This document shows, piece by piece, positions 38,075-47,025 of a stretch of DNA of 64,000 nucleotides. The stretch is from Nitrospirota bacterium (GTDB lineage Bacteria; Nitrospirota; Thermodesulfovibrionia; Thermodesulfovibrionales; JdFR-88). Position 1 is the first letter of the stretch. Each line of letters starts with the position of its first letter. Position numbers and translations under genes: made by a program. Under the pieces are notes generated by a model. The model was given only the letters and a program-made list of their open reading frames with translations, did not search any database and had not been told where the DNA came from. The DNA is taken from positions 42,630 to 106,629 of the forward strand of contig JAKAKS010000038.1 in NCBI GenBank assembly GCA_021813405.1. Direction: 5' to 3'.

Positions 38075-38455
38075 CTATCCCCCTTCAGCCACAACAAAAG
38101 CCACGCCGAATTCCCTTTCATGGCTAAGGCTCAGATGAATGTTTTTTATACCCGATGCGGCCAGCGCCTTTTCAAGCTTTCCCGCCCTCACCACCTCCGG
38201 GGGGCCTGCCTCTTGTTTTCCGGCCCTGTTTGCTATCTCTATTTCCCGGAAGGTCACGCCGCCGCCAACTGCCTTCATCACCGCTTCCTTGGCGGCAAAT
38301 CTTACGGCAAAAGATGACGCCGGGCGGCTTTTTGCCATGCAATATGCAATCTCCCGTTCCGTGAAAACCCTGTCCAGAAAACGCCTGCCCCACCGGCCCA
38401 CTGCGTCCTCCAGCCGCTTGATCTCCACAATGTCCACGCCAACACCCTTTATCAT
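38075..38455 (-). CDS. acpS: Holo-[acyl-carrier-protein] synthase
   Basis: MIKGVGVDIVEIKRLE..FTEREIAYC..FAAKEAVMKA..; 126 aa. Confidence 0.9.
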   Translation of the reverse strand: MIKGVGVDIVEIKRLEDAVGRWGRRFLDRVFTEREIAYCMAKSRPASSFAVRFAAKEAVMKAVGGGVTFREIEIANRAGKQEAGPPEVVRAGKLEKALAASGIKNIHLSLSHEREFGVAFVVAEGG

Positions 38456-39186
38456 TAACCGGTAAAGCCCGCCCGCGCTTCGGCTATAAGCCCCTTCATC
38501 TCGCGGACGGCGTCTTTTATCCCGATAAGAACGGCCCGCGCAATTATGCTGTGGCCGATATAGAGGCCCCGGATGCCAGGCAGCCCGGCAACGGCTTTCA
38601 CGTTAGTATAATTAAGCCCGTGCCCGGCGTTTACCATAAGCCCCGCGCTCTTTGCCAGGGCCACCGAGGCCTGCACCCTTTTAAGCTCCTCCAGGGCATT
38701 TTTACGAGAGGCGTTGGCGTAATAACCAGTATGGATCTCAACCATCTGGGCCCCGGCCTTCGCTGCCCGTTCTACCGCCATTTCATCGGGATCAATAAAG
38801 AGGCTTACCTGTATTGCCTTGCCGTTCAGTTTTTTTATCGCATCCGAAATCTTGCGGAAATCGCCCTTCATGTCCAGCCCGCCCTCGGTGGTAAGTTCCT
38901 TTCTCTTTTCCGGGACAAGGGTGGCCAGGTCCGGCATGGTCTGGATGGCTATGCCCACCATCTCGCTTGTGGCGGCCATCTCCAGATTGAATTCCGCTTT
39001 TGTAAATTCCCGGAGCAGCCTCAGGTCGCGGTCGTTTACGTGGCGCCTGTCTTCCCTTAAGTGCGCGGTTATCCCGTCCGCCCCGCCCAGGATTGCCAGC
39101 GCCGCCGCAGTGGCCGGTTCCGGATCATACCCGCCTCTGGCCTGCCGGAGTGTGGCAACATGGTCTACATTAACGCCGAGTATCAT
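38455..39186 (-). CDS. pdxJ: Pyridoxine 5'-phosphate synthase
   Basis: MILGVNVDHVATLRQARG..GITAHLREDRRHVNDRD..ELTTEGGLD..NAGHGLNY. ATG 39186 is preceded by GGGAGA. The alternative TTG at 39207 would overlap nrdJ. Confidence 0.9.
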   Translation of the reverse strand: MILGVNVDHVATLRQARGGYDPEPATAAALAILGGADGITAHLREDRRHVNDRDLRLLREFTKAEFNLEMAATSEMVGIAIQTMPDLATLVPEKRKELTTEGGLDMKGDFRKISDAIKKLNGKAIQVSLFIDPDEMAVERAAKAGAQMVEIHTGYYANASRKNALEELKRVQASVALAKSAGLMVNAGHGLNYTNVKAVAGLPGIRGLYIGHSIIARAVLIGIKDAVREMKGLIAEARAGFTG

Positions 39187-39196
39187 TGGTATCTCC

Positions 39197-40930
39197 CTAG
39201 TCCGCAAGGTCGGATAAATTAGTAACCTCGGTAAGCTGAACGAGGGTGCCTTTCTTTTTTGTGCCGTAACGGAATACAGTTACGCCCTTGCATCCACTAT
39301 GATATGCCAAAAGGTAAGCTTTTGCCACATCCTGCCGGGTAGCGTGCCGGGGGAGGTTTATGGTTTTTGAGACCGCGTTGTCGGTGTTTTCCTGGAAGGC
39401 GGCCTGCATCTGTATATGCCTTTCGGGGGAGATTTCATGGGCTGTTTTAAAGAGCCTCTTTATATCTGCGGGAACGCCTTTAATCCCCTTCAGCATGCCT
39501 GTTTTGAGGACTTTTGCCATAAGCTCTTCCGAATAGAACCCCCTGGCGCGCGCAATCCTGATGAAATGCCTGTTTATTTCCTGGAGTTCCGAGTCCAGCA
39601 CCAGCCGTTTCAGCGCAATCCTGAACACCGGCTCTATCCCGCTGGAGCAGTCTGCTATTATCGATATCGTGCCGGTTGGCGCAATTGTTGTGACAGTGGC
39701 GTTTCTCATTGGCGGCGCGCCGGGCCTGTCCCAGACGGAGCCCTTGAAGTTGGGGAACGCCCCCCTCTGCCGGGCAAGTTCCGCCGAGGCCAGGTGCGCG
39801 GCATCCTGTATGCGCCCCATCAACCGTCTGGCAACCGACACGCCCTCATCGCTGTCGTACTCCACTCCCAAAATCATCAGCAGGTCGGCAAACCCCATTA
39901 CGCCAAGGCCTATTTTGCGGTTGCCCTTGTGCATGGCCTCTATCTCCGGCAGGGGGTAATGGTTTACGTCTATGGAGTCGTCCAGGAACCGGACGGCTGT
40001 CTCAATATCACGCCCAAGTGCGTCATAATCAATCTCCGGCTTGTCCCCATTCGTTTCCACGTACCTGGAGAGGTTTATGGAGCCAAGCACGCAGGCCTCG
40101 TTTGGCAGAAGTGGCTGCTCCCCGCATGGGTTGGTGCTTTCTATCTGCCCGATGTGGGGGGTTGGGTTGGCCCTGTTTATCACGTCTATAAAAACTATGC
40201 CGGGGTCCCCGGTCTCCCAGGCGCAGGCGACTATCTCGTCAAATACGTCCCTTGCCGGCAGCCTGCTTGCCACCTCGCCGGTGCGGGGGTTTACAAGCCC
40301 GTACTTCAGGCCCTTTTCCACGGCTTCCATGAATGCGTCCGTCACGGCAACCGATATGTTGAAATTGGTCAGCTCGCGGGTGTTCTTTTTTGCCCTTATG
40401 AATTCCAGGATGTCCGGGTGGTCCACCCGCAATATCCCCATGTTGGCCCCGCGCCTTGCCCCGCCCTGCTTTATTACGTCCGTTGCCTGGTTGTAAATTT
40501 TCATGAAAGATACGGGGCCGCTGGCCACGCCCATAGTGGAGCGCACCACGTCCAGCCGCGGGCGCAGGTGCGAAAAGGAAAACCCTGTGCCGCCTCCGCT
40601 TTGCAGTATGAGGGCGGCGTTTTTCAGGGTTCCGAAGATGCCTTCCATGGTGTCTGCAACCGGCAGCACGAAACAGGCGGCTATCTGCCCCAGCCGCCTT
40701 CCGGCGTTCATCAGGGCTGGCGAATTGGGCAGGAATTTCAGTTGCACCAGGAGGGAATAAAACCGCTGCCGCCAGGCGTTGTCATCATCACCGTAAAGCT
40801 TTTCGGCGCTTGCAATATTGGTTGCAACCCTGTGGAACATCTGTTCCGGTGTCTCGATGGGGTTGCCCTTCTCGTCTTTTACCAGGTATCTTGCCCTGAG
40901 CACCTTCAAGGCGTTTTCAGTGAGTTCCAT
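39197..40930 (-). CDS. nrdJ: Class II (adenosylcobalamin-dependent) ribonucleotide reductase, short monomeric-type form
   Basis: MELTENALKVLRARYLVKDEKGNPIETPEQMFHRVA..; catalytic region ..STNPCGEQPLLPNEACVLGSINL..; ..TIAPTGTIS.. No class I or class III signatures. Confidence 0.85.
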   Translation of the reverse strand: MELTENALKVLRARYLVKDEKGNPIETPEQMFHRVATNIASAEKLYGDDDNAWRQRFYSLLVQLKFLPNSPALMNAGRRLGQIAACFVLPVADTMEGIFGTLKNAALILQSGGGTGFSFSHLRPRLDVVRSTMGVASGPVSFMKIYNQATDVIKQGGARRGANMGILRVDHPDILEFIRAKKNTRELTNFNISVAVTDAFMEAVEKGLKYGLVNPRTGEVASRLPARDVFDEIVACAWETGDPGIVFIDVINRANPTPHIGQIESTNPCGEQPLLPNEACVLGSINLSRYVETNGDKPEIDYDALGRDIETAVRFLDDSIDVNHYPLPEIEAMHKGNRKIGLGVMGFADLLMILGVEYDSDEGVSVARRLMGRIQDAAHLASAELARQRGAFPNFKGSVWDRPGAPPMRNATVTTIAPTGTISIIADCSSGIEPVFRIALKRLVLDSELQEINRHFIRIARARGFYSEELMAKVLKTGMLKGIKGVPADIKRLFKTAHEISPERHIQMQAAFQENTDNAVSKTINLPRHATRQDVAKAYLLAYHSGCKGVTVFRYGTKKKGTLVQLTEVTNLSDLAD

Positions 40931-41101
40931 CGGATAAAGTCTCACATATTGACTCTTTGAAATCAAGAGGAAACGGCGCCGGTATCAAGCCTCTTTGGTT
41001 TTAATAAAGTGGCAGGAAAATAAGGCCGGGTTAGCCCGCTTGTACTAACCCGGCAGTCCCAGGAGGTTTCAGATACCCTGCAAAATCTAATAGTAATAGA
41101 A

Positions 41102-41117
41102 TGCAACAGGCGTGCCA
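41102..41117 (-). promoter_or_regulatory. Sigma-54 (-24/-12) promoter element upstream of nrdJ
   Basis: The minus strand 41117->41102 reads TGGCACGCCTGTTGCA. This equals TGGCACG-N4-TTGCA, an exact match to the consensus TGGCACG-N4-TTGCW. It points toward nrdJ (ATG 40930) and no ORF intervenes. Confidence 0.55.
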
Positions 41118-41267
41118 AATAAAAAAACTGGTATAACTTCTTTAAAAACGGCCTTTTTTAGGGTTCAAGCGGTTATAGAAGGTATTTTAAATTGTAGTAA
41201 ATCCGTACATCCTGATTAAAAACCGGTCAGGGAAATTTCTGAAAGGATTTTATCGGGAAGGTTTTGG

Positions 41268-42044
41268 CTAGCGGGGCTCCAGGTAAAACCTGCCGCTCTT
41301 TTTCCCGGCGCGCACAGGCACTTCGAAGAACAGGCTTAAGTTTTCCTCTGTGAGGACATCGGATGTCTTCCCCGACGAATGGACCCTGCCTCTTCTTAGC
41401 AGAAGCGCATGCGTGAAGGCGGGCACAATCTCTTCCACGTGGTGGGACACCATCACCATTGTTGGCCCTCCGCCTGAAGATGAAAGGCGCTGTATGGAGG
41501 AGAGCACCTTTTCCCTTGCAAACACGTCCAGGCCCGCGCATGGCTCGTCCAATAACAGGAGCTTCGGGGAGTTCACCATGGCGCGGGCTATAAGCACCTT
41601 CTGCTTTTCCCCTTGCGAAAGCTCCGCGTACCTGCGCTCCGCCAGTGCGGCAATTCCCATAAGCTCCATGGCGGCATGGGCTTTTTCAACTGCGCTTTCT
41701 TCCGGGGTATCGTACAGCCCGATGGTGGCGTACAGCCCGCTTAATACTATTTCATTTGCGGTCTCCGCCGCGTAGAACTTTTCGGCAAGGGCGGAACTTG
41801 CAAGGCCGATCTCCTTCCTAAGCTCCCTCCAGTCGTATCCGCCGAAATCCCTGCCCAGTATCCGCATCTGCCCGGTGGAGGGCAGGGCATACCCGGTAAT
41901 GAGCTTGATGAGGGTCGTCTTTCCGCTGCCGTTCAGGCCCAGCACAACCCAGTTTTCGCCCGGCCTAACCCGCCAGTCTACATCCCGCAAAAGGGGTTTG
42001 TCTTCCGCTAAATAGCCGGTTTTTTTCATCCTGATAAAGTCCAT
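41268..42044 (-). CDS. ABC transporter ATP-binding protein (ModF/YlmA-like), no adjacent permease
   Basis: Walker A GLNGSGKTTL, signature LSQGEKQKVLIA, Walker B LLLLDEPCAGLD, H-loop VSHH. Confidence 0.8.
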   Translation of the reverse strand: MDFIRMKKTGYLAEDKPLLRDVDWRVRPGENWVVLGLNGSGKTTLIKLITGYALPSTGQMRILGRDFGGYDWRELRKEIGLASSALAEKFYAAETANEIVLSGLYATIGLYDTPEESAVEKAHAAMELMGIAALAERRYAELSQGEKQKVLIARAMVNSPKLLLLDEPCAGLDVFAREKVLSSIQRLSSSGGGPTMVMVSHHVEEIVPAFTHALLLRRGRVHSSGKTSDVLTEENLSLFFEVPVRAGKKSGRFYLEPR

Positions 42045-42060
42045 TTACTTATTATGCTTG

Positions 42061-42236
42061 AACCTGGCTCAAAATTACTTCTGGCTGCAAGAGGCTGAAA
42101 TCTCGGCATACTGCGTCGATTAAGTAGAAACCGTCCTCAACGTAGCGGTGCTACGCCTCCGGGCGGTTTCCCCTTTTCTTCTTGTCTGCCGCGATTTCCT
42201 CTCTCTTTCGCTTCAGAATTAATTTTGAGCCGGGTT
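42061..42236. repeat. 176-nt long imperfect palindrome (extended hairpin)
   Basis: Four base-paired segments were verified base by base: 42061-42083 with 42214-42236; 42097-42108 with 42187-42198; 42127-42136 with 42161-42170; and the apex 42141-42146 with 42150-42155 (loop GGT). Confidence 0.75.
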
Positions 42237-42335
42237 TTAACGGTGAGAGAGGTGACACTGGCTGGAATCTCAGGATGATCGGCGCAAATAACAGGAGAGT
42301 TTTTATTCTAACAAGGATATAGCTTTCAGGTCCCT

Positions 42336-43427
42336 TTAAACGTTGAATCTGAAGTTTACTATGTCGCCGTCTTTCATGGGGTAGTCCTTGCCTTCAAGCC
42401 TCAGGTAACCGTGGCTTCTGGCCTCGCCCATGGAGCCGTTTACCTTCATGAAGTCCTCGTAGCTGATTATCTCGGCCCGGATGAAGCCCTTTTCAATATC
42501 GGAGTGGATCTTCCCTGCGGCCTTTTTGGCGGGGGTGCCGTTTGTTATGGACCATGCCCGGCATTCGTCCTCGCCCGCAGTGAAGAAGGAGATGTAATCA
42601 AGAAGCCTGTAGCTTGCCCGTATAAGCCTGTTCAAGGCGGGCTCCTTTACGCCGAGGTCCTCAAGAAATGCGCCTGCATCTTCCGGCGGCATCTGGGCCA
42701 GTTCCATCTCTATCTTGCCGGAAAGCGCAAGCGCTTCCACGCTGCCCTTCAGTTTTTCCGATGCTTTCTTTGCAAGCTCCGCGGCTAAACCGTTTTTAAG
42801 CGCCTCCTCGGAGACGTTAAAGACTACAAGCTCCGGCTTCAATGATAAAAACCCAAGGTGCCGTACCGCCTTCAGATCGTCTTCGCCGAGCCCGGCGGCC
42901 CTCAAAGGTGTTTCGGATTCCAGCGCCTCCATGCACCGTTCAAGCACCTCCTTTTCGGCATCCGCGCCCTTGTCCTTTTTGCCTTTCCCGGCAAGCTCGT
43001 TTATTTTCCCCAGCCGCTTTTCCACAAGGGCCAGATCGCCTAATATAAGCTCGGCCTCAAGGTACTGGGCGTCCCTGAGCGGGTCCACGCTTTCAAGCGG
43101 GTGGGGGACGGAGGGGTCCTCAAAGGCCCTGGCAACATGCAGAAGCGCGTCGGAGTCCCGTATAAGCTCAAACACCTTGGCGTTCTGTTTGGGGTCGCCT
43201 TTGGTTAGGCCAAGGTAGTCCACGTAATCCACAGTGGCCCGCGTTGTCTTTTTCGGCTTGTAGAAGGCGGAGAGCTTGTCCAGCCTTTCATCCGGCACTC
43301 CAACAACGGCCACGTGCGGCTCGCCTGATGTTGTGGCGTATGCCGTGGTCTCTATGTTCTGCCCGGTCAGCGCGTTGAAGACCGTGGTCTTTCCTGAATT
43401 GGAAAATCCTGTTATCCCGATTTTCAT
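42336..43427 (-). CDS. ychF: Obg-like ATPase/GTP-binding protein YchF
   Basis: MKIGITGFSNSGKTTVFNALTG (P-loop), a coiled-coil insertion, and a C-terminal TGS-like region ..IHSDIEKGFIRAEIISYEDF..GKDYPMKDGDIVNFRFNV. Confidence 0.8.
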   Translation of the reverse strand: MKIGITGFSNSGKTTVFNALTGQNIETTAYATTSGEPHVAVVGVPDERLDKLSAFYKPKKTTRATVDYVDYLGLTKGDPKQNAKVFELIRDSDALLHVARAFEDPSVPHPLESVDPLRDAQYLEAELILGDLALVEKRLGKINELAGKGKKDKGADAEKEVLERCMEALESETPLRAAGLGEDDLKAVRHLGFLSLKPELVVFNVSEEALKNGLAAELAKKASEKLKGSVEALALSGKIEMELAQMPPEDAGAFLEDLGVKEPALNRLIRASYRLLDYISFFTAGEDECRAWSITNGTPAKKAAGKIHSDIEKGFIRAEIISYEDFMKVNGSMGEARSHGYLRLEGKDYPMKDGDIVNFRFNV

Positions 43428-43482
43428 AGGACCTCTTTTATATCATACCGCGGGTGCATAAGGGAAGGGCGTTTGCTGATAA

Positions 43483-44424
43483 TTGCCATACTGCTGGTCA
43501 GCCCCTATAATCCTTTTACGGGCCAACCATCAAAGAAAGGCATTTAAAACCATCAAACCGAAAATTCTGATCATATTGTTGCCATTGGTGTTTTTTGCGG
43601 GATGCGCCGGCCAGTTTTTTCATCCTTCCGGGGGTTACCCAAAAGCAGATCTGCAAAAATACAATGTTAAAGATGTGTACTTCAGAACCGGTGATGGCGT
43701 TTTGCTGCATGGCCTTCTTGTAAAACCCGCAACCAGAAGCAGGGCCGCAATACTTTATTTTCACGGTAACGCGCAAAATCTGGGTTCACAGATTGGCAAT
43801 GCCCTGTGGCTTGCAGATTATGGCTTTACAGTTTTTGCCATTGATTACAGAGGGTACGGGAAATCGGGCGGCAGGGCGGATATTAAAGGCGTTAACGCAG
43901 ACGGCGCGGCTGCCCTTGAAAAAATTGTTGCCCTGTGCCCGGGACAAAAGGACAGGATAATTGTTTTCGGACAGAGCCTGGGCGGGGGTATCGCCATTTA
44001 TGCGGTTGCAAATTCCAGATACAAACAAAACGTAAAGGCGCTTATTGTGGACAGCGCGTTTGCAAGCTACCGGGGAATTGTGCGGGAGAAAGCATTGCAT
44101 TCCGGGCTTCTTGGTTTGCTGGGCTATCCAGTTGTGTATCCGTTGACTTTTACCATCAGCGATTTTTACAGCGCGGTTAACTGGGTGGATAAGATCGGGG
44201 GTGTTCCCATCCTGCTGATATGCGGCACTGATGACACGGTTGTCCCGGCGGACAACAGCTGCAAACTGTTTAAAAAGGCAACTGGGCCCAAAGAGCTATG
44301 GATAACCCATACGCCCGGGCACACAAGTTTTCTTTCGCGTAAATCGAATGAGGAAGCTTTGGTCAAATACCTGCATGAATGCCTGATTCAACCCCCCGCA
44401 TCCGGCACGTTCGAGTTCCGGTGA
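43483..44424 (+). CDS. Alpha/beta hydrolase (putative lipoprotein)
   Basis: Nucleophile elbow GQSLGG, candidate Asp (CGTDD) and His (PGHTS), and a lipobox-like LVFFAGC near the N-terminus. The TTG start is uncertain. Confidence 0.7.
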   Translation: MPYCWSAPIILLRANHQRKAFKTIKPKILIILLPLVFFAGCAGQFFHPSGGYPKADLQKYNVKDVYFRTGDGVLLHGLLVKPATRSRAAILYFHGNAQNLGSQIGNALWLADYGFTVFAIDYRGYGKSGGRADIKGVNADGAAALEKIVALCPGQKDRIIVFGQSLGGGIAIYAVANSRYKQNVKALIVDSAFASYRGIVREKALHSGLLGLLGYPVVYPLTFTISDFYSAVNWVDKIGGVPILLICGTDDTVVPADNSCKLFKKATGPKELWITHTPGHTSFLSRKSNEEALVKYLHECLIQPPASGTFEFR

Positions 44425-44433
44425 AAAAAACCT

Positions 44434-44733
44434 TTAAGGGGCATTATTTTTGCCCTCATGCTCGCGCTGGAAACTGCGGATCCTCTCGGCAAGCTCCCTT
44501 ATCGCATCCAGTGGCATTGCCCCTTCGTCAACGCGCTTCCTGACATATCCGGCCTTGGCAAGCTCGCCGATTATATGCTCGCTTGTGCCGGTAAGCGGGC
44601 ATTCATGCTTCTCTTCCCGCAGGTGCATGTCTATGCAATGTTCTATCTCCAGGGGATTGAACCGCACAGCCAGTTTGCGTATTTCCTTTATATCGAAGGC
44701 CTTTCCCGCCATCCTCGTGGATTTTACCAGCAT
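44434..44733 (-). CDS. Hypothetical 99-aa protein, third gene of the cpxRA-like operon
   Basis: ORF begins 20 nt after the kinase stop on the same strand. The product is charged and looks soluble. No family was recognised by eye. Confidence 0.4.
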   Translation of the reverse strand: MLVKSTRMAGKAFDIKEIRKLAVRFNPLEIEHCIDMHLREEKHECPLTGTSEHIIGELAKAGYVRKRVDEGAMPLDAIRELAERIRSFQREHEGKNNAP

Positions 44734-44753
44734 TTGCGGCCAGATTCCACGGC

Positions 44754-46103
44754 TTATGCCGCGGGAAGCGCAATCTCCATTACAAGCCCGCCTGATGGTT
44801 CGTTAAACGCCGAAGCATTGCCGCCATGCAGGTGGACGGCCCATTCCGTAATGGCAAGGCCGATGCCGGTTCCTCCGGTAAGCCGGTCGCGCGCGCCATC
44901 AACGCGGTAGAACGGCTGGAACAGCTGGGTGAGCGCTTCATCAGGCACGCCGGGGCCGTGGTCGCGCACCCGGACAATATAATCAGCGCCTGTCTCAGTC
45001 TTCCGGAGGAGAAGGGCCACCTCAACCGCGGTGCCTGCATCCGTATAGCGCACCGCATTGCGGACCACGTTTTCCACCGCCCTTCGAAGCAGCTCTTCGG
45101 AGCCTTCCACTGCCATCTCCTTTTCCGGCGGCGTAAATTCCACGGAGCGGTTTCGGACCATGGCCTCAAAATTAGCATCCTCAACGATGGCCTGCACAAG
45201 GCGCGCAAGATCAATCCGGGCCTTCGGGACTGTTGCCGCCCCGCTTTCAAGCCAGGTTAAGTCTGCCAGTTGGCCGATAAGCCCGTTTAACCTGTTGGAT
45301 TCGTTTTCCATGCGGTCCAGGGCTTTCAGGGCGGGGCCGGCGGAATTCCTGCGGGCAAGCTCCAGCGCCACGTTCAGCCGGGCTAGAGGGGAGCGCAATT
45401 CATGTGAGATGTCCCTTAAAAGCCTTTTTTGCGCGCGTACAAGCGCCTCTATCCGTTCCGCCATCCGGTCGAAATCCTTGCCAAGGCCGGCTATCTCATC
45501 CTTTCGGTTGCCAAGTTCGGGCCCAACCCTTGTCCCAAGCTCCCCGGCGGCAAAGCGCCGCGCGGCAATTTGCAGCCGCATTAGCGGGGCAACCAAAGAC
45601 CTGGCCAGAAGATAGCTCACTACGCCGCCAACAATGAACGTGACAATAAGACGAAGCCCTATCAGCCCCGGGTTCAGTATTATCCACAGGCGCGAAGGCG
45701 GGGGCGGTTTGGCCAAAACCGTAAAACCGCCTTTAACCGGATAGGCGAACCATCCGTGCGGGCCTTGCTGCGGCCTTCTGGTTACGACGGCCATTGCGGC
45801 CAGTTCCATCCCCACAGGCGGCACAAAGCCCTGCGAAACCAGCTGGTTGCCCTTGAAAAGAAAAATGCGCGCGCGGGTGCGGCTGGTAATCTGCCGGCTG
45901 GCCTGCCAGAGGGCAGGCGCGCCTTGCGTCTGGTATATATCAATAAGACGGCTGCCGGAGCCGGCGATCTGTTTTTCGAAATGTGCAAGGTAAGCGGCCC
46001 TTGGATTTGTAGTAAGCAATACAGCCGCAACAACCGCCCCGGCTAAAACCATTGCAAGCCAGAAACTAAGGAATATTTTTATGAATATCCTACTGGTCCG
46101 CAT
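44754..46103 (-). CDS. cpxA: Sensor histidine kinase, CpxA-like (TM-periplasmic-TM-HAMP-HisKA-HATPase)
   Basis: H-box ISHELRSPLARL; N/G boxes (NVVRNAVRYT, DHGPGVP, GGTGIGLAI). ATG 46103 overlaps the regulator stop codon (ATGCGGACCAGTAG). Confidence 0.75.
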   Translation of the reverse strand: MRTSRIFIKIFLSFWLAMVLAGAVVAAVLLTTNPRAAYLAHFEKQIAGSGSRLIDIYQTQGAPALWQASRQITSRTRARIFLFKGNQLVSQGFVPPVGMELAAMAVVTRRPQQGPHGWFAYPVKGGFTVLAKPPPPSRLWIILNPGLIGLRLIVTFIVGGVVSYLLARSLVAPLMRLQIAARRFAAGELGTRVGPELGNRKDEIAGLGKDFDRMAERIEALVRAQKRLLRDISHELRSPLARLNVALELARRNSAGPALKALDRMENESNRLNGLIGQLADLTWLESGAATVPKARIDLARLVQAIVEDANFEAMVRNRSVEFTPPEKEMAVEGSEELLRRAVENVVRNAVRYTDAGTAVEVALLLRKTETGADYIVRVRDHGPGVPDEALTQLFQPFYRVDGARDRLTGGTGIGLAITEWAVHLHGGNASAFNEPSGGLVMEIALPAA

Positions 46104-46812
46104 TGTCTTTGCGTTGGGGCAGGGCATAGATATATCCCACGCTGCGCACCGTTTTTATCCGCTCGGCGCCGTCCTGCGCCGGGCCCAGTTTACGGCGGAT
46201 GCTGCTTATGTGCACGTCTATGCTGCGGTCGTAGCTTGAAACGGCGCGCCCCAGCACGTTGCGGCTCAGGTCCATGCGGGTGACCACGCGTTCGGCCATT
46301 TTCATCAGCTCTTCAAGGAAGTTAAATTCAATCGCGGTGAAGTCCAGCAACTTGCCGGATTTGGCCACCATGCGCGTTGATGAGTCAAGCTCAACGTCAT
46401 CAAGGACAATCCGGGCGGCGGGTTGTTTTGCCGGGGCTGACGCAGCGGGCTGCGCCGTTCTGCGCTGTATGGCCCGTATCCTGGCCACAAGCTCGCGCGG
46501 GTTGAAGGGTTTTGGAAGGTAGTCGTCCGCGCCCATCTCAAGCCCTACTATCCTGTCCACCTCGTCTCCGCGGGCGGTGAGCATCAAAACAGGTATCGCG
46601 GACTTGTCTTTTATCTGCCGCAGCACGTCAAAGCCGCTGGCCCCAGGAAGCATTACATCCAGCACCACAAGGGAATGTTCGCCCGAAAGGGCGCGCTCTA
46701 TCCCGCGCCCTGCGTCGAAAGCGGGCTCCACATCGAGCCCTTCGGGTTTAAGGTAATCCGTAAGAAGCTCGCAAAGCTCCCTGTCATCGTCTATAACAAG
46801 TATCCGGCTCAT
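46090..46812 (-). CDS. cpxR: OmpR-family response regulator, CpxR-like
   Basis: [74 protein letters not shown] closely parallels E. coli CpxR as I recall it (..[49 protein letters not shown]). Confidence 0.8.
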   Translation of the reverse strand: [240 protein letters not shown]

Positions 46813-46878
46813 TTGCCGCTGCCTGCCTTGAAATCGGGGCGCATAGTCTATTCTAATCCCTATTATTGCCTTCCAGGT

Positions 46879-46906
46879 GTAAAGATTCAGTTAAGAAAAC
46901 CGTAAA
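46879..46906. promoter_or_regulatory. Three GTAAA-type direct half-sites in the cpxR / cpxP-like divergent region
   Basis: GTAAA (46879), GTTAA (46890) and GTAAA (46902), at 11-12-bp phasing. The CpxR consensus in E. coli is GTAAA-N5-GTAAA. Confidence 0.3.
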
Positions 46907-47025
46907 AAATTAATAAAACTTTGCTTGCATTCCCGGGAAATTAACACACACTTTAAAACAATTTCTCTAGGATAAACACAGGGTTTGGATGAAGCCCCGA
47001 AATGGACCTTTTAAAAGGAGGCACG

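Noticed and set aside
39416-40960. 514-aa plus-strand ORF
   Set aside because: It lies antisense to nrdJ. The translation is rich in Arg, Gly, Pro and His with no domain signature, so it is a shadow ORF.
40931-41100. Possible cobalamin riboswitch in the nrdJ leader (GCCACT-like string, structured region)
   Set aside because: Apart from CCTGCCACT, I could not find the conserved B12-box or the surrounding conserved helices. NrdR-box palindromes were not evident either. An Rfam scan would settle it.
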